Assembly: GCA_001724265.1 (NCBI GenBank)
Contig: MEDY01000037.1
Coordinates: forward strand, 62,001-117,979
Direction: 5' to 3'
DNA from: Rhizaria sp. SCN 62-66
Lineage: Eukaryota
DNA length: 55,979 nt
A model generated the notes under the pieces. It saw only the letters and a program-made list of their open reading frames with translations, was not told the DNA's origin and made no database searches. The position numbers and the translations under genes are program-made. Positions 36,669-46,500 of the stretch are shown here, one piece after another. How positions within the stretch are numbered: position 1 is the first letter of the stretch; each line of letters opens with the position of its first letter.

Positions 36669-38813
36669 ATGTCTCCTTCTCCCTCGCGCTCCGCCCCCGC
36701 GGCGCGCAGCCAGAGGGCTTTCCTGCGTCTGACGCGGCTCCTCGTCTTCGTGGCGGCGTCGTTGCTTGTAGCATCACTCGCGGCCGCTGACCCGTTCTCT
36801 CTCGATGTTGCTGCGGGCACCGCGTCGTTCCTGGAGTTGGAGACTTCAGCAGCGGTTTCCTCCTCTGTCGCTGCTTCCGCATCCGCATCTGTCTCTGGCT
36901 CTGTGTCTGAGATCGACGTTGACGCCGCGATCCGCTCCATTACGGGCGAGATTGACGCCGCGAACGCGCACGCCGCCGCGCGCGCGCGCCCCGGCTTCTC
37001 GCTGCCCGCCCTGCGCGCCGCGCCAGGGTCTTCGTTATCCTCTGGCGGCGGCGGGGGAGCTGGGGGCAGCGACGCGCACCGGCGCGACGTGCTCGAGGGC
37101 CGCATTGCAGCGCAGCTCCAACTCCAGCAACAGCAGCAGCTGCAAGAGCAGCAGCAAGAGCAACAACAGCAGTCTGGCGAGCAGTCCAACCCGAACAACA
37201 ACAACAACAACGGCAGTAATGGCAGTCGCAGTGAGAGCGAAGACTCGTTCGAGGACGCGCATGTGGTCGCGCTGGCGCTATACAACCACCGCGACACGCA
37301 GTACATGGGGCGCATTGGCGTCGGCTCCCCGCCGCAGTACTTCTGGGTCATCTTTGACACGGGTTCCTCGAACCTGTGGGTGTCGTCCGCGCAATGCCGC
37401 AGCCCCGGGTGCCTGCAAAAGCCGCTGTACGACAACACGGCGTCGTCGACGGCCGTGCCGCTGGGCTTCGACATTCAGGTCCGCTTCGGCACGGGGCTCA
37501 TCAAGGGCTTCCTGGTGCGCGACAAGTTCACTCTGGGCCCGCTCCAGGTCTCGGGGCAGACCTTCGCAGAGATCACCGAAGAAGTCGGCCGCGTCTTCCA
37601 CTCGGCGCGCTTCTCGGGCATCCTCGGCCTCGGCTTCCCGTCGCCGGGTTCCGAGCACGCCATCACGCCCGTGTTCGACAACATCGTCGCGCAGCAGCTG
37701 CTCTCAGTCGACCTCTTCTCCTTCTACCTCACTGCCTACCCACGCCAGGAGTCGGCGCTCTTCTTCGGGCCCCCGCACCCTGGCTGCTTCCGCGGCGAGC
37801 TCGTCTGGCTCCCCGTGCCGGCCCCGCACCTCTACTGGCAGGTCCCCGTCACGGCCGTCTCGCTCGTCTTCCGCGCCGGCCAGCCCGGCGCCCCGCCCGC
37901 CGTCGCCGCGGGCGCCGCCGCCGCCGCGGGCGCATTCAACTCCGACATCGACTCGCCCGACTCCTCCCAGGACCCCACCGGCTCTGGCTCTGGCGCTGGA
38001 CTGAATAGCGAGTACGCGTCGGTGCGCAACATGGGCACGTGCACGGTGTCTGGCGGCGGACGCTGCCACGGGGTCGTCGACACGGGCACGAGTCTCATCA
38101 CGGGGCCCGCCGCAGTGGTCAAACACCTGCTGGCGTCGATCGCGCTGGCGGACCACGCCTGCGACGACCTCTCGGCGCTGCCCGACGTCGTCTTCTCGCT
38201 CGCCGGCCGCGACTTTCCGCTCTCTCCGCGCGACTATGTCGTGCTGGTGCGCGACGCGCTGACGGACGCGGTCGTCTCGTGCAAGATTGGCATCGTCCCG
38301 CTCGACGTGCCGGCGCCGCGCGGCCCGCTCTGGATCCTCGGAGACGTCTTCCTGCGCCGCTACTACGCAGTCTTCGACCGCAAGAACGCTAAGGTTGCGC
38401 TCGCGGAGGCCGCGCCCTCCTGCGCCTCCGTCGCCGCCGCGGCCGCCGCAGCCAATGGCTCTGGAGCTGGCAGTGCGGCGTCGTCCTCTGCGTCGGCTGC
38501 GGCGTTTGTGGAGCTCGGGCTCGAGTTCTCGGCCAGTGACTCGCCCACGGTCCCCTTCGGCGTCTCGCGGCCCTCCGACGCGCCCTCTAACGCGCCCAGC
38601 GCCGGTGCGCGTCGGTTGTTTTCCCTCGCAGATAGCGGTGCGGCGATGAGCGCGGTGGACGCGCCTCTGCTCGAGGGCGCCGTGGACCCCTCCGACGAGC
38701 GGCTCTTCCGCCTCGGCGCGGCCTTCGCGGGGGACCTGCGCGCGCAGCGTCTGCGCGACGCCGACGAAGCGGCGGCTGCGGCCGCGACCGTGGGCGGCGA
38801 CGTCAGCGGTTGA
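36669..38813 (+). CDS. A1 (pepsin-family) aspartic protease preproenzyme, 714 aa, plasmepsin IX/X / TgASP3-like features
   Basis: Signal/anchor LLVFVAASLLVASLAAA; long pro-region with polyQ/polyN; LYNHRDTQYMGRIGVGSPPQ; catalytic VIFDTGSSNLWV (DTG 37356-37364) and VVDTGTSLITGP (DTG 38079-38087); FSGILGLGFP; GPLWILGDVFLRRYYAVFD; stop TGA. Confidence 0.95.
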   Translation: MSPSPSRSAPAARSQRAFLRLTRLLVFVAASLLVASLAAADPFSLDVAAGTASFLELETSAAVSSSVAASASASVSGSVSEIDVDAAIRSITGEIDAANAHAAARARPGFSLPALRAAPGSSLSSGGGGGAGGSDAHRRDVLEGRIAAQLQLQQQQQLQEQQQEQQQQSGEQSNPNNNNNNGSNGSRSESEDSFEDAHVVALALYNHRDTQYMGRIGVGSPPQYFWVIFDTGSSNLWVSSAQCRSPGCLQKPLYDNTASSTAVPLGFDIQVRFGTGLIKGFLVRDKFTLGPLQVSGQTFAEITEEVGRVFHSARFSGILGLGFPSPGSEHAITPVFDNIVAQQLLSVDLFSFYLTAYPRQESALFFGPPHPGCFRGELVWLPVPAPHLYWQVPVTAVSLVFRAGQPGAPPAVAAGAAAAAGAFNSDIDSPDSSQDPTGSGSGAGLNSEYASVRNMGTCTVSGGGRCHGVVDTGTSLITGPAAVVKHLLASIALADHACDDLSALPDVVFSLAGRDFPLSPRDYVVLVRDALTDAVVSCKIGIVPLDVPAPRGPLWILGDVFLRRYYAVFDRKNAKVALAEAAPSCASVAAAAAAANGSGAGSAASSSASAAAFVELGLEFSASDSPTVPFGVSRPSDAPSNAPSAGARRLFSLADSGAAMSAVDAPLLEGAVDPSDERLFRLGAAFAGDLRAQRLRDADEAAAAAATVGGDVSG

Positions 38814-39275
38814 GTGAGAAAGCTGGATGCAAGCAAATGGGAATTGATGTGCATGTGGGAGCACAACACAGGACGGGGCTATATAGTGTGACTGTGACGA
38901 GTTATATAATGCGAGTGAATGTGGAGTCGCAGTATCTCAAGTTGGGCCGATAAGTGAACTGGCCAATCCAAATTTTGACTATTTGTGAGTGAGTACCGAT
39001 TGTGTACAGAAGCAATACAAAAGTATTTAAAGATTTAATGACAGCAGATAAGAGTACATTGAGATTGGAGAATGACAAAACTAAACTATGTAACAGTGTA
39101 TTCCTCTTATGAACAACAAGCCACATATCGGTGGTGATCCACAACAGGTGCTTAACGCATTGGCCCTCTGGCCTCCAGTGCAAACAGTCCATGCACTCTC
39201 GCACGCTGATAGCACCCAGTTGTACTCCATAAACGTGTCGTCTTTGTTTCTGTTTCTACGCTCCTGCCGCGTTTC

Positions 39276-40030
39276 TCAGAGCTTCTTCTTGGCCTTTGAG
39301 AGCCAGCGCTTGGAGTGCTCCTCGCAGAGCGCGTGGATCACGTCCGCGCCGCGGTTGTTGGTCTTGTACTCGAGGTAGATGTCGTGCTCCATGCCGCACG
39401 AGATGTGAAACGTCTTGCCGCAGCCCGAGTTGGAGCACACCATGCACGCGCCACAGGTCTTGCCGCAGAAGGTGCACGCCAGGTTCCAGCGGTGCGCAGG
39501 GATCTGCAGGTAGTCGATCGGGTCGCGCCCGTCGGGCTGACGGAAAAACACCTCGGGAATCCACATCGCGCACGAGAGGTGGGCCCACTTCCAGTCCGTG
39601 GTGCGCTTCATCGCGCCCGTCGTCGAGGGGCACAGCGCACACGACGCGCCAGAGCAGCCCGCGGCGCACTTGTCACACAGCCACTCGTTCTCGGGGATCT
39701 TGACCACTGCGCAGAGCAGAGATCGGAGGTCGAACGAAGACAAAAAGAATGAATGCAGAGCAAAAAATTAGCGAACGAAGTCAAGAAGGGTACGAGAGAT
39801 GACTTAGGCAGGATGGGAAGGGAAGGGGACGTACACAGAGGATTGCCGTAGCATTCGCGATGCACGCAGGCGTTGCAGCCGTCGCAGATGATCAGGGGGT
39901 TGTGCTCATCGGACTCATCGGAGCGGCACACAGAGCAAATCCACTCTTCGTCGGCCACTCCCATGGTCATGCCGTCCGTCTCCTCGTCGGCAGGCGGCGG
40001 CGGCGCGGGGACGTTCTCCTCGGAAGACAT
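39276..40030 (-). CDS. PZP-module (PHD - zinc knuckle - extended PHD) chromatin protein; exons 40030-39835 and 39706-39276; 208 aa
   Basis: CSVC...NPLIICDGCNACVHRECYG...IPENEWLCDKC (PHD1); CALCPSTTGAMKRT..WAHLSCAMWIPEV (Zn knuckle); RWNLACTFC..GACMVC...CGKTFHISC...CEEH (PHD2), as in BRPF/JADE/AF10/PHF14. Exons total 627 nt; stop TGA. Confidence 0.9.
39707..39834 (-). other. Spliceosomal intron of PZP gene (128 nt, phase 1)
   Basis: Minus strand GTACGT...GCTAAT (branch-like)...GCGCAG; joins CYGNPL-L-VKIPENEW. Confidence 0.88.
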
Positions 40031-40519
40031 CCTTTGCAGGCAAGAGGGGGGAAAGGGCGATGAAAAAGTGGCGCATTCGAAACAAATAAACATGGTTGAG
40101 CGGTGCTATAATAAGATGGAAGAATAGAGCGAGATTTATATTTAGAACAAATATCGGCTTTATTATATGACGACGGAGAGTTTCAGTATTATCGCTCAAA
40201 GTTTTCCGCTTTTCGGCGCCAAAAGACTAAAAGGATTACTTCGACCGCTGGCAACCCAACGGCCACACGCTCGCCTTTGAATGTGGACCTTCTTATCCCC
40301 TGCCTGTGTGCATCATTCTGATCGTCTATGGAGATATAAAGGATATTTATATAATTAAACTTGACGTTCTATAAAATTTTACGAGTAAATATTTCACTGT
40401 TGTGCAGACTGGAGTAGTATACGCACCATTAAAATATTTGGTCTAACCTGTTGCTGTTTAACACAACGTTCTTGTATTTTTTCTCCCTTGCCTTGCTTGT
40501 TTTGTCCCTCTTAGTTCCC

Positions 40520-42786
40520 ATGTCGGCTTCGACAATGGGTTACGCCTCCAACACGGGCTCGCACACGCTGTCGAACGCGGCGCTGCAGACTGCGGACGCG
40601 CGCCGGAGCCGCATGGAGCAGGTCCGTAACGTCTACGCCGAGCGCCGCCGCGACCGCTTCTACCTGGCGCCCACGCAGCAGTCCTGCGGCGCCGTCTTCG
40701 TCAGCGACGCCGAGGCCTCGCAGATGGCGTCCTCACCCGCGCCGGCCGTGCCCTCTGGCTCCGCGGGCTTTATGCCTCCGCAGCCGATCGTGCCCCCCGG
40801 CGCTTCGCCGCTGACGCCCTTCTCCACGCTGGGCCAGTCCTCCGCCGCCGCCTCCGCCGACGCTACCACGGGCTCCTCCGCGGCGGCCCCCGACGCGACT
40901 CCGCGCGCGCCCGCGGCCGCCGCGGCGCCGACCGTGGCGTCGGGCTCCGCGCTGCCGTTCGCGGCGCCGCCCACGCCCGCGCGCCCAGTCCGCGGCGGCG
41001 GCGCGGGCCCAATCGTTAACGACGGCGGCTCGGGCGACCCCGCGCTGGACGAGGTGCACGCGCGCCTCATGTCGCTCGGCCTGCAGTCGACCTTCGACCC
41101 CGCGGACGAGCCTGGCGCCGCCGTCGCCGGCCAAGCGGGCGGCGCGGGCGCGGGCGCGGGGGCAGTGTCGCTAGGCGCGGCGGTGGGGGCGACGGCTGGC
41201 GCCGGCGTCATGGGCGGCATGGCGGGCGCCAGCGACGCCGCTGCTGCCGCGGGCGCCGGTGCCGCCGGGAGCGAGGAGGCCGCGTCGACCGTCAACGGGG
41301 GCGGGCAGCAGAACGACCCCTCGTCGGGCGCCGTCATGGGCAAACACGTGGTGCAGATCCAGAACTCAAACGCGCCCGGCGTGTCGACTATCGACCTGTC
41401 GGACCCGGTTTCGTTTGTGTACCGACCCGTGCCCAAGAACGCGACCGTGCAGTGCTATATCGTCCGCAGCAAGGGCAGCATCACAAACATGTTCCACTCG
41501 AGGTACGCAACAAGGCGACACGCTCAAGACTATATTGCCATTCACTTATTATTAAATTTAACGCAGCTGATGTTTAACGAGAAAGAACGGCCTTGCTCTT
41601 ACTTCATATTTTGTTGTTCCCCACGTGTTGTATACAATTCTGCGCAGTTACGAGTGCTTTTTGCAGGCGGACGACACGTTCATGCTCGGCTGCCGCAAGC
41701 AGACATCGTCCAAGACCCCGCAGTACCTGTTCACGACGGCGCGCAAGACATTCGACAAGCGCTCAGTGCACTACATCGGCAAGCTGCGGTCGAATTTCAT
41801 GGGCACCGAGTTCATGGCCTACGACTACGGCCTCAACCCTATCAAGATGGAGCCCCATGCACTCCACCGCACGCAGGAGCAGGCCTGTACGTCTTTCTTA
41901 CCACTTCAAGCGCTGTCACGATGTTTTTGTCGACGTTGCCACTTCGATTTGCGTGTATATGATATGATCTTAATGTCTGCTTTTAAATACTCAAATACTC
42001 CCTCTATATCATGTCGCTTACCCATCTCTCTGTCTATGCTTTTCTCTTCTGCGCTTTTCGCATTCCCCGCCCCACAGTGGCTGGCGAGTACAAGGACACG
42101 GTGCGGCGCACGACGCCCGAGTCTGAGACGCCGGCGCGGCGCGAGATCTGCGGCATCGCGTACGAGTCCAACGTGCTCTCAGCCAAGGGCCCGCGCAAGA
42201 TGACCGTGGTGCTGCCCAAGGTCACGCAGCGGCCCGCGCGCGGCGCCCAGGCCGGCGGCTCCAACAGCCTCGTCAACGTCTGGCGGCCCGTGCGCCCCAC
42301 GGAGACGCTGTTCGCGAACTACCGCGCGACGTGCACGGACTCGATGCTCGTGCTGCAGAACAAGGCGCCCAAGTGGAACGAGCAGGTCGGCGCCTACGTG
42401 CTCAACTTCGGCGGCCGCGTCACCATGGCCAGTGTTAAAAACTTCCAGCTCATGTCGCCCGACGACCCAGACACGGTGGTGCTGCAGTTCGGACGCACAG
42501 GTACGCACTCTACGCATTCATCACTCGATTCTCTTGACTCATGTTCTTTGTCCTGTCCACATTGTTTGATGGACATTTTATCCTACTTTGATCACAACGA
42601 ACAGTGAAAGATGGCATACCATATTATTCTAATGTCTCTAATTCTTGGTGTTTCCGCTTGATTCATCGCTCGCTTCGCTTCACAGGCAAGGACCACTTCA
42701 CGATGGACTTCACGTGGCCGTTGAACCCGTTCCAGGCCTTCTGTATCTGCATCTCTTCACTCGACAACAAGCTTGCCTGCGAGTGA
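40520..42786 (+). CDS. TULP: Tubby-like protein; exons 40520-41502, 41648-41886, 42078-42500, 42686-42786; 581 aa
   Basis: [32 protein letters not shown] (phosphoinositide-binding K/R); [88 protein letters not shown]. Exons total 1746 nt, in frame. Confidence 0.96.
41503..41647 (+). other. Tubby intron 1 (145 nt, phase 2)
   Basis: GTACGC...GCGCAG; frame restored. Confidence 0.88.
41887..42077 (+). other. Tubby intron 2 (191 nt, phase 1)
   Basis: GTACGT...CCACAG; frame restored. Confidence 0.85.
42501..42685 (+). other. Tubby intron 3 (185 nt, phase 1)
   Basis: GTACGC...TCACAG; restores [14 protein letters not shown]. Confidence 0.92.
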
Positions 42787-43503
42787 GCGCATTTTTGCCG
42801 CAAACACTGTTACATCTATGCGCACTCACTGCTATCACGGTGACGATGCGCGCGCGCAACATAAACGCTTTCGCGTGGTGTGAGCGCACCGGGCCACCTC
42901 AGCAGCGCAAGTAAACGCGAGCGAGGAGTTGCGCGAACAATTATCTGTATCAAAGAAGGTTATGCAAACACGTTCTTTGTCAGTGCATGATTCATGATCC
43001 TTTTTATTGCTGGATATCGACATAAAATACACTCATCAAAGTTTCTGCATGTTACGTTCGTTTCAAAAGTGGCGATATTCTGACTATGATAAGACGCAAC
43101 AAGTTTTAATGAGAACATCATTTTAGTTTGATGATAAATTATTGCAATCAACACAGTTTGAATCAAGGTCAGAGTTGTTATCAACATACTATCACCTAAA
43201 AACATCGCGAGTTCCAGTCATTTTTGTGTTCGTGGTTGACAAAAGGCTGGCGGCACCTTAGAGAACTCGCGAACGCCGAGCAAGCGCAAACAGACAACGG
43301 TGGCTCAGCACATCCGTTATTCTAAATTTATCAGTAATTTATGAGATTAAACGTAATAGTTAAATATGAATGTTATTCTAAATGTCATTCATTTGACCAA
43401 ATCATATCATATCAACGATTTTCCTTCCGCTCTTTCGCCTCTCTGCAGCCCCCACCTTTTACTTTGACAAACTGCCTTCAAGGAAGGATAAACGAGCAAG
43501 CAG

Positions 43504-46500
43504 ATGTACCGCGGTCTGGCCTCGAAAGCGGGGTCGCGCACAAGCCTTCTGAGCGCGCAACGCAAGCCTGTGTTGACCGCAACCCTCCCCGAGCGGGGTT
43601 TGCGCTCGGCACCATCTGCTGCCAGCACCAGCGCCAGTATTAGCACTCCGTTGCCGCTCGGAGCCCCTTTCACAGTCCCGCGGCGCGGCTTTTTTGGAAT
43701 TTTTAAGCGCAAGAAGGACCAAATGACGTCTTCCCTGCGCGACAAGGCCGCAACCGCGTCGGCCGCCCTGGGCGTTCTGGATGCCGCGCGCAAGCCCACC
43801 GCGCTGCCCGCGTCGACGTCGGCCAACAGCGGCAGCGAGTTTTTGCTGTCGCTGCCGCCGCGGCGCCGCGACGCGTTTGTGACGCAGACGCTGCGCAACA
43901 TCCCACCCGTGCGGCTGGAGCAGGTACGCGACTGGTCGCTGCCGCTGCCGCTGCCGGGCGCGGAGCCGTCGGACTTGCCCCCGCACCTGGAGTACCACGT
44001 TGTCTCCTCGGGTGCGCTCGCGCTCGCCGCGGGGCCGCCCGACCTGTCGCTTGTCCCGCCCGTGCAGGCGCGCTTCCGCGAGCGCGCGGCGACTGAGGCT
44101 GCGCAGCACACCGCGCGCCGGCGCCAGCTGCAGGACCCCGCGCTGCCCGAGGCCACTGCGCGCTCGCTGCGGGCCGCCGTCGCGTCGCCGCCGCCGGGCA
44201 TCTTCGCCAAGGACCAGTACGACGCGCTGAGCGTGGTGTCGCAGCGCTCCGTGGACTACTTCTCGGGCACCTTCACGAACGCGCCGCCGCCGAACTTCGT
44301 GCCGCTGCCGGACGAGTTCCGCGGCCAGGGCCCGCCAGCCCACACGCTCTACATGCGCCATGGTGACGTCGACGTCTTCCTGCTGCCCGTGGACCCCGAC
44401 TACCTGGTCATGGGCGTTAAGGACGTCGACGCGCTGCTGTCTTGGCGCCGGCCCGATGTCGTCGTTTCGCAGCTCGCGCCGCCGCCGCGCACGCGCCCGC
44501 CCGTGGACGGCGTCGCGGGCCCCGTCCCGCGGCCGCCGCTCATGCTCGGCAACGAGGCGCTGCCCGCGGCCGCCGTGATTCCCGACATGTACGTCTCCCC
44601 GCAGGCGCTCACGCGCGCCGAGTTCGAGGCCGTGGCGGGCGCCAAGCTTAACGCGCACTGGTTCGCCGCGCTGGCCACCGAGGCCATGGGCGTGCCGGGC
44701 CGCGACGCGCTCGTGGGCCGCCGCCGCGCCCGCGAGGACCCGCTCGCCGAGCTGGCTTACGCAGAGCAGCGCAGCAAGCTGGGGCTCGAGGCGCGCCTCA
44801 AGATCATGCGCTTTGAGGCCGACGCGCGTGTCGCCGCCGTGGCTGCGGCAGCGGGCGAGGCCGCCGCGCGCGCCGCGGCGGGCAAAGAAACCTTCATGGG
44901 CCAAGCGCTGTATGAGGCCGAGTTCGGACCCTGGGTACCACCGACGCGCGAGGCCGCCGTGGCCGCGGCCGAGGCGCGCGCGCGCGAGGAGAAGGCCGAG
45001 ATCGAGCAGGCACTCGAGCGCGCGCACAAGGAGGCCGAAGCCTCCAGTCGCGGCGAAGGCGAGGATGAGAATGACGCCGATGGCGCGGTGAAGGAGAAGC
45101 ACGAGGAGGACGAGGACGACGAGGAGATGCAGCTGCTGGGCCCGCCCTCGCAGTACGCCTCGCTGCTGCGCCGCAAGTACTACCTCCCCATCGCCGCCGA
45201 CCCGCTGCCCTCCCAGGGCCCCGCCTCCGCCGCTGCAGCCGAGTCATCTTTGCACTCACAGTCGCCGTCTTCGCCGACCCAGTCTGAGCCCAAGTCTATG
45301 CGCGCGCCGCGGCTGGTGCTGGCGGGCCGCGCGCGCGCCGTGACACAGAGCAACCTGTCGTTCCGCTACCTGATGGAGCCCACGGAGCGCGCGCGCCAGA
45401 ACCGCGCCTCCGCGCGGCTGCTGCCGTGGGAGCAGCCGACCGGCGCCGCGTACCCGCGCTACCACGGCTCCGGCTCCTCGGGCCGCACGCCCGGCTCGGG
45501 CACCGCGCAGGCCGTCGCCGAGCGCTTTATCGCCGCGCACGCGCCGCAGAACGCCGTGTCGACGACGACGAACAACAACCGATTCTTCTCCCCGGCGTCA
45601 GTGACGGCCGAGCTGTTCAATACCGAGGCGCCCGCGCCCGACGCGGCGGCGGCGTCGCTGGCCGCGCTGCGCGGCGCCAAGGAGGCCGGCGTCGGCGCGC
45701 AAGCGGGCACCGCGCTGCACGAGTGCGTCGAGGTCTTCGAGCCCGCGCTGCTGCTGGCCAACACGCTGCGCAGGGCCATCGAAGAGCTCGGTCGCGAACC
45801 CCGCGCCCCGGGCGCGCGCAAGACGGTTGTGGCCGTGGTGGACCACCCGCTGGTGGACCACGTGCGCTGGGCCTTCGACGTCGTGCCCGCGCTCTCCACC
45901 GCGGACCTATCGTACCTCAGTGAGGGCTACGCGGCGGCCTTCTTCGCGCTCACGGGCCGCGACGTCTCGGACCCGCACCTCCAGGCCTCTGGCCGCGCCA
46001 TGCGCGAGGTCATCACGGGGCTGCGCACCGCGTGGACGCCGCCCGCCGCGCCCGCGGGGCCTTCGGGCGACCGCTCCGCCGACAAGGCCGCCGCGGCCGC
46101 CGCAGCCCGCAAGACTGAGCTGGCTGCCGCGCTGGACCCGTCGCTGGATCCCGTGGTGCGCGCCGCGGACGAGGCCGCCGCGGCCGCCGAGGAGGCCGCC
46201 GCTGTGGCCGCCGCGGCGCCCGCGACGCCTCCCGCCAAGGGTCTGCGCGGGTTGCTAAGCCGTCTGCTGCCGGGGCGCAACAATACCGCCGCCGAGGAGG
46301 CCGAGGCCGCCGAGCGCAAGTCCGAGGAGAAGGCGCGCGCCACAGCCCGCGAGCGCGGGATGCTCGAGGCGACGCTGGACCCGCGCAAATTCGGGCTGCC
46401 CGCCGTGTCGCCCGCGGCGCCGGGGACCGTGGCGCACCAGGCGCCCGCGGGCGACGACATCGAGGACGAGGTGTTCCTGGCCGCCGTCGTGCGCGAGCAG

